DNA of 64,000 nt from Oscillospiraceae bacterium (lineage in GTDB: Bacteria; Bacillota; Clostridia; Oscillospirales; Oscillospiraceae): positions 17,311 to 81,310 of the forward strand of contig JAGCAN010000001.1 in the NCBI GenBank assembly GCA_017652685.1, read 5' to 3'. The position numbers and the translations under genes were made by a program. How positions within the stretch are numbered: position 1 is the first letter of the stretch; each line of letters opens with the position of its first letter. Positions 17,042 through 24,894 of this stretch are shown one piece after another. The notes under the pieces were generated by a model. It had not been told where the DNA came from and did not search any database. It worked only from the letters and a program-made list of their open reading frames with translations.

Positions 17042-17609
17042 GGAGGATTTCATGGACATTGTTTATGCGGAACTCGCAGACGATCCCGACAACAACAGGG
17101 CAAACAGGATTATATGGGCGGCAGATGGGTATGCGGAAAGACGGGTAGATGATGCATTGCAAGTGATAGAAGAACTACAATCCGCACAGCTTGGCACGAA
17201 CTTGGCAGAGGTTGACACAAGGGCAGTAAGAGGATACCCGATAGACGCAGATGCGCTCATGGAAAAGGTGGCAGAAGAATACGGAGAACGTGCGCGAGAT
17301 AGGTTGTATCAAATTATCCGATATATGCCACCTGCACAGCCCGAACCGTGCGAAGATGCGGTGTCAAGACAGGCGGCGATTCGTGCGTGTGGCGGTTACA
17401 TGGTTCCTGTGGGGATTATTAAAGCGTTGCAACCCGTCACACCGAAACAGCGCACAGGGAAGTGGGAAAGACACTATTCAAGACCAAATGTGTACGCAGA
17501 CCTCTGTTGGCATTGTTCGGCATGTGGATACTACCACGCAGACAATTGGACGAACAAATTTAAATACTGCCCCAACTGCGGAGCGAAGATGGAAGGAGAT
17601 GCGGAATGA
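17034..17609 (+). CDS. Hypothetical protein, paralogous architecture to 16445-17041
   Basis: 'SRQAAIRAC' and 'CWHCSACGYYH...YCPNCGAKM' zinc-ribbon-like end. Confidence 0.5.
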   Translation: MDREDFMDIVYAELADDPDNNRANRIIWAADGYAERRVDDALQVIEELQSAQLGTNLAEVDTRAVRGYPIDADALMEKVAEEYGERARDRLYQIIRYMPPAQPEPCEDAVSRQAAIRACGGYMVPVGIIKALQPVTPKQRTGKWERHYSRPNVYADLCWHCSACGYYHADNWTNKFKYCPNCGAKMEGDAE

Positions 17610-17779
17610 ATATCAAGGATGTTACAGACGATAAGTGTTGTTGTTCTTGCAAGCACAATATCCGCACAAGCTATGACGAGATGCACGTAAGGTGCAACTG
17701 CGACAAGGATGGGCACTACATCGGGTATGTGGCAAATTTCGGAAGCGTATGTGATGAATGGGAAGGAGATTTGGAATGA
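17606..17779 (+). CDS. Small Cys-rich protein (57 aa, below ORF-track cutoff)
   Basis: ATGA-coupled at both ends. Manual translation MNIKDVTDDKCCCSCKHN...WEGDLE. Confidence 0.4.
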   Translation: MNIKDVTDDKCCCSCKHNIRTSYDEMHVRCNCDKDGHYIGYVANFGSVCDEWEGDLE

Positions 17780-18513
17780 AATACATTATCGAGATTGAAG
17801 ATGAACCATTTGGAAGGAATGATGATCCCGTTATCCCCCACGGCATGGATGAATTGTACAGAGCAAAAGGATTCAACAGCCTTGTGTTCGATAAGAACGG
17901 TCTTGACAAGCTGATACCGATTGACAAGGAACTGGAAGAAGCCTATCAGCGTGGCTTGGACGAAGGTTACAATAACGGCTATTCGCAAGGACTGAAAGAC
18001 GGATGCCATAAGAGCGACACAGAGGAATATCAGCAAGGTTTGGATGATGCGTGGGAGTGTGCAAAGAAGATTAGTCTCATGTCGCCAGATGAAATAGAAA
18101 AGGTGTTTCCCGGTGCGGCAAAAAATAACCGCTATAATCTGGGGTACAGTGGCACCGAAGCAATCGAAAAGCTGAAAGCCTACGAACAGAAGAAAGCCGA
18201 ATCTGAGATCAAGGTCGGGGATATTATCACGGACGGTAAGATTAACTACCTTGTAATTGATATTACAGATAATTCATATGTTGCTTTACAGGGAACGGAC
18301 TTTGAACCTTCTTACATCGGAAAAGACTATATAAAATCATATCACAATCTGCATTATTCTAAAGATATGCAGAAGATAGCAGAAGAAATCAACAGAGCGG
18401 TAAAAGGAGAACAGCGTGACTGCCATACCTGCAAGCATCAAGTGGCAAGCTCCATCGAATGCGTAGATTGTAGTGGCTTTAAAAAGTGGGAACCGAAAGG
18501 TGGTGACGCATGA
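17776..18513 (+). CDS. Hypothetical protein (245 aa)
   Basis: ATG at 17776 overlaps the upstream stop. C-terminal 'CHTCKHQ...CVDCSG'. Confidence 0.5.
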   Translation: MKYIIEIEDEPFGRNDDPVIPHGMDELYRAKGFNSLVFDKNGLDKLIPIDKELEEAYQRGLDEGYNNGYSQGLKDGCHKSDTEEYQQGLDDAWECAKKISLMSPDEIEKVFPGAAKNNRYNLGYSGTEAIEKLKAYEQKKAESEIKVGDIITDGKINYLVIDITDNSYVALQGTDFEPSYIGKDYIKSYHNLHYSKDMQKIAEEINRAVKGEQRDCHTCKHQVASSIECVDCSGFKKWEPKGGDA

Positions 18514-18644
18514 TCCACCATTACATCACAAAGTACGAGGAGAGTGGGAAAAGATACGCCGAGTCATGGATACAGATAAACATTCTCGGGATGTGTTTTT
18601 GCTTTTCGAGGCGCAGGATAAAGATTAGTGAGGTGACGGAATGA
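18510..18644 (+). CDS. Tiny ORF (44 aa) ending in EVTE
   Basis: Manual translation MIHHYITKYEESGKRY...SEVTE. ATGA-coupled at both ends. Confidence 0.3.
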   Translation: MIHHYITKYEESGKRYAESWIQINILGMCFCFSRRRIKISEVTE

Positions 18645-18868
18645 GCAGAAAGGTTAAAGACATTCCTCTTTCACCACTGTTCGAAAGGGTTATTCCGATA
18701 GAGGTGAACACCCCTCACAAGGCAAGCGAAGTTATCTGCGTAAAATGCGGAAAGAGATGGATTTCGGTTAGGCAAGCGGACATCTTTTTGAAGAACATAG
18801 TTTGCCCAAATTGCGGAGCGGGTTATGTAATCGAGACAGGTGAAGAAATGAAAGAGGTGACGGAATAA
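18641..18868 (+). CDS. Zinc-ribbon protein (75 aa)
   Basis: 'CVKCGKRW...CPNCG'. Ends in KEVTE. Confidence 0.5.
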   Translation: MSRKVKDIPLSPLFERVIPIEVNTPHKASEVICVKCGKRWISVRQADIFLKNIVCPNCGAGYVIETGEEMKEVTE

Positions 18869-19098
18869 TGCCAAGATTCAACGTGCAACACCCAGTAACC
18901 AAACAATGGAGGTGTTTCTCAACAGTAGTTGACAATTATGTCACGGACTGGATGGACGAGGAACGCTATCAGAAGTGGAGAGAGTACGAATATGGAAGGC
19001 ATGCCGGACCGATCAGAGAAGCTAACCTGATGAGCTACGAAAAGGCGGAGGAGAAAATAGCACTCAGAAAGAAATGGGATGAGGAGGTGACGGAATGA
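18868..19098 (+). CDS. Hypothetical protein (76 aa)
   Basis: Coupled ORF. Ends in EEVTE. Confidence 0.5.
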   Translation: MPRFNVQHPVTKQWRCFSTVVDNYVTDWMDEERYQKWREYEYGRHAGPIREANLMSYEKAEEKIALRKKWDEEVTE

Positions 19099-19337
19099 GC
19101 GTACTGATTAAGGGCATGGAGATGCCGGGTGCCTGTTGGGAATGTCCGTTAAAAGTTCATCTATTTCAGCAGTTGTGGTGTACGCCAAGCAACAAGGTTA
19201 TAGACAGGGAAGATAACACTGAACGTGAACCGGACTGTCCACTCGTTGAAGTAAACCTTGTCGCACAGGAAGAACTGATTACTCCGCTTAATATGATAGG
19301 CGGATATTTGGAGAATGTAGAAGGGAGCGACACATGA
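19095..19337 (+). CDS. Hypothetical protein (80 aa)
   Basis: ATGA-coupled ORF. Confidence 0.5.
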   Translation: MSVLIKGMEMPGACWECPLKVHLFQQLWCTPSNKVIDREDNTEREPDCPLVEVNLVAQEELITPLNMIGGYLENVEGSDT

Positions 19338-19642
19338 CCACGCTCCAGACCCTCGACCTGATCCTGTGCATGGCGTTCGTACTGTTCTACGTCTACACCG
19401 CATTCGGCACACTGATTTGGATACTGGAGCATTTTTTGGAACTATTCGCAAAGGAGGACAACAGTGAGCGTATTCAGCGCATTTATTGTCGGGAGTATTG
19501 CAGGAAGCATCGTCTCATATATCGTTATATCCGCAATTATCGCAGGCGAAAGGAGCGACAAGCACGATATATATCGGATTGGGTACGACACAGGCTTCCG
19601 AGACGGGTTGAAGAAGAAAGGAGATTGAGGCGTGGATATTAG
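19334..19642 (+). CDS. Small membrane protein; Arg-rich C-terminal half doubtful
   Basis: N-terminal TM 'LILCMAFVLFYVYTAFGTLIWIL'. The second half looks like an out-of-frame reading of 19464-19628. Confidence 0.35.
   Translation: MTTLQTLDLILCMAFVLFYVYTAFGTLIWILEHFLELFAKEDNSERIQRIYCREYCRKHRLIYRYIRNYRRRKERQARYISDWVRHRLPRRVEEERRLRRGY
19464..19628 (+). CDS. Candidate tiny single-pass membrane protein (54 aa, GTG start)
   Basis: RBS aaggagga 6 nt upstream. Manual translation VSVFSAFIVGSIAGSIVSYIVISAIIAGERSDKH... Confidence 0.3.
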   Translation: MSVFSAFIVGSIAGSIVSYIVISAIIAGERSDKHDIYRIGYDTGFRDGLKKKGD

Positions 19643-19757
19643 CATTATCGTTTTGATGGGATGTTGTACGATAGCATCCTTCGCCGGTTCGTATGCAGCT
19701 GTGGTACATCTGTTTTCAAGATGGGAAGAGGACGACATGTATGAGGACATGGATTAA
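19632..19757 (+). CDS. Candidate tiny membrane protein (41 aa, GTG start)
   Basis: RBS aaaggag upstream. Manual translation VDISIIVLMGCCTIASFAGSYAAVVHLF... Confidence 0.3.
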   Translation: MDISIIVLMGCCTIASFAGSYAAVVHLFSRWEEDDMYEDMD

Positions 19758-19878
19758 ACAGTTACTCTGTAGACACGAATGGATCAGGGCAGCGGACAAA
19801 ATGATCCGCGAAGGGCACTATATTAAAATGCGCACAGTGCATAAGTGCAAGAAGTGCGGAAAGGTAAAATACGAATGA
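19741..19878 (+). CDS. Small protein (45 aa) with 'CKKCG'
   Basis: Internal ATG of the 19693 ORF. Stop overlaps the recombinase start (ATGA). Confidence 0.35.
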   Translation: MRTWIKQLLCRHEWIRAADKMIREGHYIKMRTVHKCKKCGKVKYE

Positions 19879-20867
19879 AAGACAAATTGTTAAGGGATAT
19901 CGAGCTGAAGCTCTCGCTACAGTTTCCGGCAGAGCAGCGGGAGAAGGTAATGCAGTGCGTGATCTCGTGCCTTAACGATTACGACGTGACTGAGCGGGTC
20001 ACAAATCTGACGGTAAGATATGAAGACATTAACGAGAGGATTCTCAAGAGATACGTGGCCTGCATCCGGATCGACGGCAAGGCCGAGAGCACGATCAAGC
20101 AGTACGTCAGAACGCTGGTAAAACTGGCGGAACTGATCGGGAAGCCGTACACAGAGATGAGCGCATACGACATCCGGTATTTCCTCGGAGACATCAAGGA
20201 AAGAGGGGCAAAGAACAGCCACGTAGAAAACCAGAGATCTTATATAGCCACATTCTTCCAGTGGATGTTGGACGAGGAGATGATCCGGAAAAATCCATGC
20301 GCGAAGGTCAAGACGATCAAAGTGGAGTCCGAGATTAGGAAGCCGTTTTCTGCGGTCGAGATAGACAGGCTAAGGTCTGTGTGCAGCAGGCCTCTGGACA
20401 GGGCCGTAATAGAGACGTTGCTGTCGTCAGGGTTGAGACGAGAGGAGATGTGCAACCTTAAGGTGTCAGACGTGGACCTCGACAAGAGGATACTAACCGT
20501 CCGGCATGGCAAGGGCGGGAAGGACAGAGTCGTGTACATCAGCGACGTGGCGGCGGAACACATTAAGATCTATCTGGGCAAAAGACGGATCGAGAGCGAC
20601 GTTCTTTTTGTGAGTCAGGCGTCAGGATCAAAGTACACACCGGGAGGATTGCTGGAGATGGTGGTGCGGATCGGCGCGAAGGCGCAGGTCGACGGCGTGC
20701 ATCCGCATAGGTTCAGGAGGACATTTGCGTCGGAGATGTATCGCCGGGGCATGGACATCAATACGATCAGCAGGCTGATGGGGCACTCTAACATATCTAC
20801 GACGCAAAGATACATCTACACAGCGGATGACCAATTGCATGCGGAGTATAAAAAGTATTCAGCGTGA
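19875..20867 (+). CDS. Tyrosine recombinase (XerC/D-like), paralog 2
   Basis: 'HPHRFRRTFASEM', 'LMGHSNISTTQRYIY', 'RHGKGGKDR'. N-terminal layout parallels 12827-13915 ('INERILKRYV' vs 'VNERIVKRYL'). Confidence 0.85.
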   Translation: MKDKLLRDIELKLSLQFPAEQREKVMQCVISCLNDYDVTERVTNLTVRYEDINERILKRYVACIRIDGKAESTIKQYVRTLVKLAELIGKPYTEMSAYDIRYFLGDIKERGAKNSHVENQRSYIATFFQWMLDEEMIRKNPCAKVKTIKVESEIRKPFSAVEIDRLRSVCSRPLDRAVIETLLSSGLRREEMCNLKVSDVDLDKRILTVRHGKGGKDRVVYISDVAAEHIKIYLGKRRIESDVLFVSQASGSKYTPGGLLEMVVRIGAKAQVDGVHPHRFRRTFASEMYRRGMDINTISRLMGHSNISTTQRYIYTADDQLHAEYKKYSA

Positions 20868-20875
20868 GGGGAAAT

Positions 20876-21256
20876 ATGGGACTATTAGAAAAACTGCAAA
20901 GGCTGAAGAGCCCATCAGAAATTACACCGGAAATGCTGCAGACAATTGTTGATTACATCGCTAAGAAACAGTGGATTAAAGACCGGTTCCCGGATACTGA
21001 GGAAGAAGTCCTGATCATCGTGGAGCACCGACCATTCAGACGTCCGGTACATCGCAGAGTGGTAAGAGCATTCTACGAAGACGGCCTGCAGCGGGCAGAA
21101 GACAGTCTGCGATGCTGGGAAGATCTGCCGGATGGAATTATCCCGATGGGCTGGTACGAATCAACCGACTACGGAGAGAGCTGCGAGATAAGTGATCAGG
21201 TAATAGGCTGGCAACATCTGCCGGATCCGTGGGAAGGAGATACTAATGACATCTAA
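20876..21256 (+). CDS. DUF551-like phage protein
   Basis: 'KKQWIKDRFPDTEEEVLIIV' pattern. ATG at 20876 after gagggg. Confidence 0.5.
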   Translation: MGLLEKLQRLKSPSEITPEMLQTIVDYIAKKQWIKDRFPDTEEEVLIIVEHRPFRRPVHRRVVRAFYEDGLQRAEDSLRCWEDLPDGIIPMGWYESTDYGESCEISDQVIGWQHLPDPWEGDTNDI

Positions 21257-21683
21257 GGAAATGCTACTCAGATACAGGGACGCCAAGCGGGAAGCAAACG
21301 AGATGGAGCTCAAGATCACACAGCTCCGCCTCAAGTATGCCGCCCCCAGTGCGATCAAATACAGCGACATGCCGTCATCTCACGATTCAAATCATGATCT
21401 TTCGGATTATGCAGCAAAGCTCGAGAAACTGACAGACATGATGGTCGAGCGCTATAAGCGCTGCATCGGGATAGAAATAGATATCGAGATGAGGCTTGAC
21501 CGTATGGCTCCGGATCATCCGCAGGGACAGATCTTCCGGGAAATACTCCGGCACCGTTATCTAACGATCACGGACAAAGGGCAGCTGAATCCATGGGAAG
21601 AAGTAGCGGCACAGGTCGGGTATTCTGACCGCAGGGTCAAGAGCTTGCATGGCATTGCTCTGCTGTACTTCCCTACTGATTAA
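21246..21683 (+). CDS. Putative late-gene regulator (sigma-70 region-4-like / DUF1492-type); could double as a small-terminase-like DNA binder
   Basis: Position immediately before the packaging genes. C-terminal HTH-like 'WEEVAAQVGYSDRRVKSLHGIAL'. Confidence 0.45.
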   Translation: MTSKEMLLRYRDAKREANEMELKITQLRLKYAAPSAIKYSDMPSSHDSNHDLSDYAAKLEKLTDMMVERYKRCIGIEIDIEMRLDRMAPDHPQGQIFREILRHRYLTITDKGQLNPWEEVAAQVGYSDRRVKSLHGIALLYFPTD

Positions 21684-21881
21684 CATTTCCTTTTATTTCC
21701 CGTTATCAATATTTTATAATGTAAACTAGCCCAAGGGGCTAAAGTGAACTGGCGTCAATTGTACAGATAGCTTTCATCTTTCTCTTTTCATTTTCATGCT
21801 TTCTTCAGCCGGGCGTCGTATCCTCCATCGGTACGGCGCTCTTTTGGCGCATGCCGATAGCGCTATACAAGTCATGGCACC

Positions 21882-21909
21882 GCGGGTCTGATGAGGACCC
21901 GCTTTTCTT
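21882..21909 (+). terminator. Stem-loop plus T-run immediately before the HNH gene
   Basis: GCGGGTC-tgatgag-GACCCGC followed by TTTTCTT. Confidence 0.55.
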
Positions 21910-22254
21910 ATGGCTACAAAACGATCAGACAGACAGGCAGGGAACCGCGGCGCATTTGATGCCGCCCGCCTCAAGATATTAAAGACCCAGACCATATGCG
22001 GGATCTGCGGCAAGCCGGTGGACTTCAGTTACAAGAATCCTCATCCGCTTGCTCCTACAGTCGATCACATCATTCCGGTTTCAAAGGGCGGGCACCCGTC
22101 AGACATAGCCAATCTGCAGCTGGCTCATCGCTGTTGCAACCGGGCCAAGGCTGACAGCCTGATCGAACCGAGAAAAAAAGACGAAAGTGATAAAGTGATC
22201 CCCAACGACATGTTGGAACAGCATTTTGATTGGATTAATTACAGGGCGAAGTGA
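21910..22254 (+). CDS. HNH endonuclease (packaging-associated)
   Basis: 'CGICGKP...TVDHIIPVSKGGHP...NLQLAHRCCNRAK'. Confidence 0.8.
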   Translation: MATKRSDRQAGNRGAFDAARLKILKTQTICGICGKPVDFSYKNPHPLAPTVDHIIPVSKGGHPSDIANLQLAHRCCNRAKADSLIEPRKKDESDKVIPNDMLEQHFDWINYRAK

Positions 22255-22352
22255 ACCTGGGGCGGGTGACTCCCTGCCGGTACCCCGGCGGCAATCCCTC
22301 TCCCGCCCACTGCACGAAAATTCACACTGTATGTTTTTCAACGGTGAAAACT

Positions 22353-22952
22353 ATGGAAGTATTGGCGATTTGCGAATTATGTGGCGCTGAATATTTAAAG
22401 AAAAATGGCAAAAGCAAGTACTGTTCTGATGCATGCAAAAAGGCTGCACGCAAAGAAACACTGGCAAAATGGCGCGAAGAAAACAAGGATTATCAAAAGA
22501 ATTGGCGAGAAGCGCATCCGGAATATGCTGCGGAGTGGGTGAAAAATCATCGCAGTTATGGTCGTGATAGATCAAGAAAAATCAGGGGCAGTAAAGAGCA
22601 CAACAGAAAATGTGTAGTATGCGGAAAAGAGTTTAGCACATATATTCAGCACAAACACACATGCTGTGATAAATGCAAATGCAGTCATAAGTTAAAACGT
22701 ATTCCAAAAGATCAGATTGTTGATACTGACATTACCGTCAAAGCGTTATATGAACGCGATGGCGGTATTTGTTATTTATGCGGAAAGCCTTGTGATTTCA
22801 ATGATATTGACAAAGAACGGCACGCGATTGGAAGCAATTATCCTACTGTTGATCATGTGATCCCGGTTACTCGTGGCGGGATGCATTCCTGGGACAACGT
22901 GAAGCTTGCTCATCTTAGTTGCAATTCCGCAAAGCACGATAAGGTGGTTTAA
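22353..22952 (+). CDS. Second HNH endonuclease with N-terminal Cys-rich repeats
   Basis: 'CYLCGKP...TVDHVIPVTRGGMHSWDNVKLAHLSCNSAK'. ATG at 22353. Confidence 0.75.
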   Translation: MEVLAICELCGAEYLKKNGKSKYCSDACKKAARKETLAKWREENKDYQKNWREAHPEYAAEWVKNHRSYGRDRSRKIRGSKEHNRKCVVCGKEFSTYIQHKHTCCDKCKCSHKLKRIPKDQIVDTDITVKALYERDGGICYLCGKPCDFNDIDKERHAIGSNYPTVDHVIPVTRGGMHSWDNVKLAHLSCNSAKHDKVV

Positions 22953-22954
22953 TA

Positions 22955-24169
22955 ATGGACGATTTCAAGGGTATTCCTTACCTGAAAAACAAACTGTCAT
23001 ACAAGAAAAACAGAACCCGTTTGCGGTACCAGTACTACGAGATGAAGACCAGAGCGCGGGATTTCGGCATCAGTTCCCCGCCGGATCTGCGTGGTTGGAT
23101 GAGCATTCTCGGCTGGTGTGCGCGTTCGGTGGACTGTCTCGCGGACAGGCTTGTGTTCAGAGAGTTTCGGGATGACATCTTCAACCTTAACTCGATCTAT
23201 GACTCAAATAATAAGGACGTCCTGATCGACTCCGCGATCCTTGGCGCTCTGATCAGTGCCTGTGATTTTATTTATATCACTGCTGATGAGGACGGTTTCC
23301 CCAGAATGCGCGTGATCGATGGCAGGCATGCGACCGGCATCATTGATCCGACGACTAACCTGCTCAAAGAAGGCTACGCCGTACTGGAATTTGATGATAG
23401 AGACCGGCCCGTCACGGAAGCATACTTCCTGCCTGGTGAGACGCAGATCTTCGAGGCCGGGAAAGAACCGTATAGCGTATTCAATCCTGCGCCATATCCA
23501 CTGCTGGTCCCGGTGATCTACCGTCCGGATGCGGTCAGGCCTTTCGGGCACAGCAGGATCAGCCGTGCATGCATGTCGATCGTAGACTCTGCAGCGCGTA
23601 CGGTCAAACGGTCTGAGATCGCGGCGGAGTTTTACAGCTATCCACAGAAATATATCCTCGGGATGGATCCTGACGCCGACAGAATGGAGAAATGGCAGGC
23701 GTCCATGTCGAGCCTGCTGCAGATCGACAAAGATGAGGATGGCGACAAGCCGACAGCGGGGCAGTTCCAGCAGGCTGCGATGACGCCGCACACGGAGCAG
23801 CTCCGGATGTTCGCCGGGATGTTCGCCGGCGAGACAGGTCTTACTCTTGACGATCTTGGCTTCCCGTCACAGAACCCTTCGAGCTCAGAGGCGATCCGCG
23901 CAGCGCATGAAACGCTGAGACTGATGGCCCGCAAGGCACAGCGGGACTTCGGCGTCGGGCTGCTTAATGCCGGCTATCTGGCCGCATGTGTGAGAGATGA
24001 CCAGCCGTACCTGAGACGGCAGCTGTACAGGACAAAGGCAGTGTGGGCACCGATTTTCGAGCCGGACGTCACAGCCCTCGGCGGGATCGGCGATGCGGTA
24101 CAGAAGATCCAGACATCGTTCCCGGACTATTTCGACGAGGATAAGCTCGAGGAGCTGACAGGTATCTAA
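22955..24169 (+). CDS. Portal protein (SPP1 gp6-like)
   Basis: Size, position, and typical N-terminus 'LKNKLSYKKNRTRLRYQYYEMK'. Confidence 0.8.
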   Translation: MDDFKGIPYLKNKLSYKKNRTRLRYQYYEMKTRARDFGISSPPDLRGWMSILGWCARSVDCLADRLVFREFRDDIFNLNSIYDSNNKDVLIDSAILGALISACDFIYITADEDGFPRMRVIDGRHATGIIDPTTNLLKEGYAVLEFDDRDRPVTEAYFLPGETQIFEAGKEPYSVFNPAPYPLLVPVIYRPDAVRPFGHSRISRACMSIVDSAARTVKRSEIAAEFYSYPQKYILGMDPDADRMEKWQASMSSLLQIDKDEDGDKPTAGQFQQAAMTPHTEQLRMFAGMFAGETGLTLDDLGFPSQNPSSSEAIRAAHETLRLMARKAQRDFGVGLLNAGYLAACVRDDQPYLRRQLYRTKAVWAPIFEPDVTALGGIGDAVQKIQTSFPDYFDEDKLEELTGI

Positions 24170-24170
24170 G

Positions 24171-24836
24171 ATGGACGTAACACAGATCCTTAGGATTTAT
24201 GACAAAAGAATATCGGGATTTTCTGTTTCCGACATCGCTGATTATGCAGCCGCTCAAAGGTATGCGCAGAAGACAGGGAAGGTCCTGGCCGATGTCATCT
24301 GCCAGTTTACGGACTTCCCCTCGCTCACTGAAGCGGACGCTGTGCCGCTTTTTACGACTACCCTTAAGCACAACCATGACAAGGTAGTAAAAGCCTGCAG
24401 ACGGGCACAGAGAGCGATAAACAACAAGGCGCGTGTCAGTCTCGGACTGCTTGATGCGGATTTTGACCCGGAAGGGGCAAGAGAGATCGCGTTTACGATC
24501 CTCGACGCCAAGGAGCTGACGCCTGATTTTGTTAAAAATCTCGTAGTCAATCATTCTAACCATACGGTAGACGAGACGATCCGCCGGAACACGGAAGCGC
24601 AGCAGGGTATCGGACTCGAAGTCCATATCACGCGCAAGTACGACGATGTCGGGCTCCATGACGGAAAGGATGCCTGCCAATGGTGCCTTGACCGCGAAGG
24701 TGACTGGAATGATTACCAGGAAGCTTATAACGCCGGATGCTTCGAGCGTCATCCGGGATGCGGATGCGTGATCGAATACAATGTCGGCAAGACGCATACA
24801 TGGTCCAACAACAAATACGACTGGAATAACATGTGA
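24171..24836 (+). CDS. Head morphogenesis / minor capsid protein (SPP1 gp7 / Mu F-like)
   Basis: Follows the portal gene. 'DGKDACQWCLDREGDW...HPGCGCV'. Confidence 0.6.
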   Translation: MDVTQILRIYDKRISGFSVSDIADYAAAQRYAQKTGKVLADVICQFTDFPSLTEADAVPLFTTTLKHNHDKVVKACRRAQRAINNKARVSLGLLDADFDPEGAREIAFTILDAKELTPDFVKNLVVNHSNHTVDETIRRNTEAQQGIGLEVHITRKYDDVGLHDGKDACQWCLDREGDWNDYQEAYNAGCFERHPGCGCVIEYNVGKTHTWSNNKYDWNNM

Positions 24837-24894
24837 GGGCATGATCATGATGACCAGGAACAAAGACCCCGCGAACCATAAGGAGGAATAAGCC

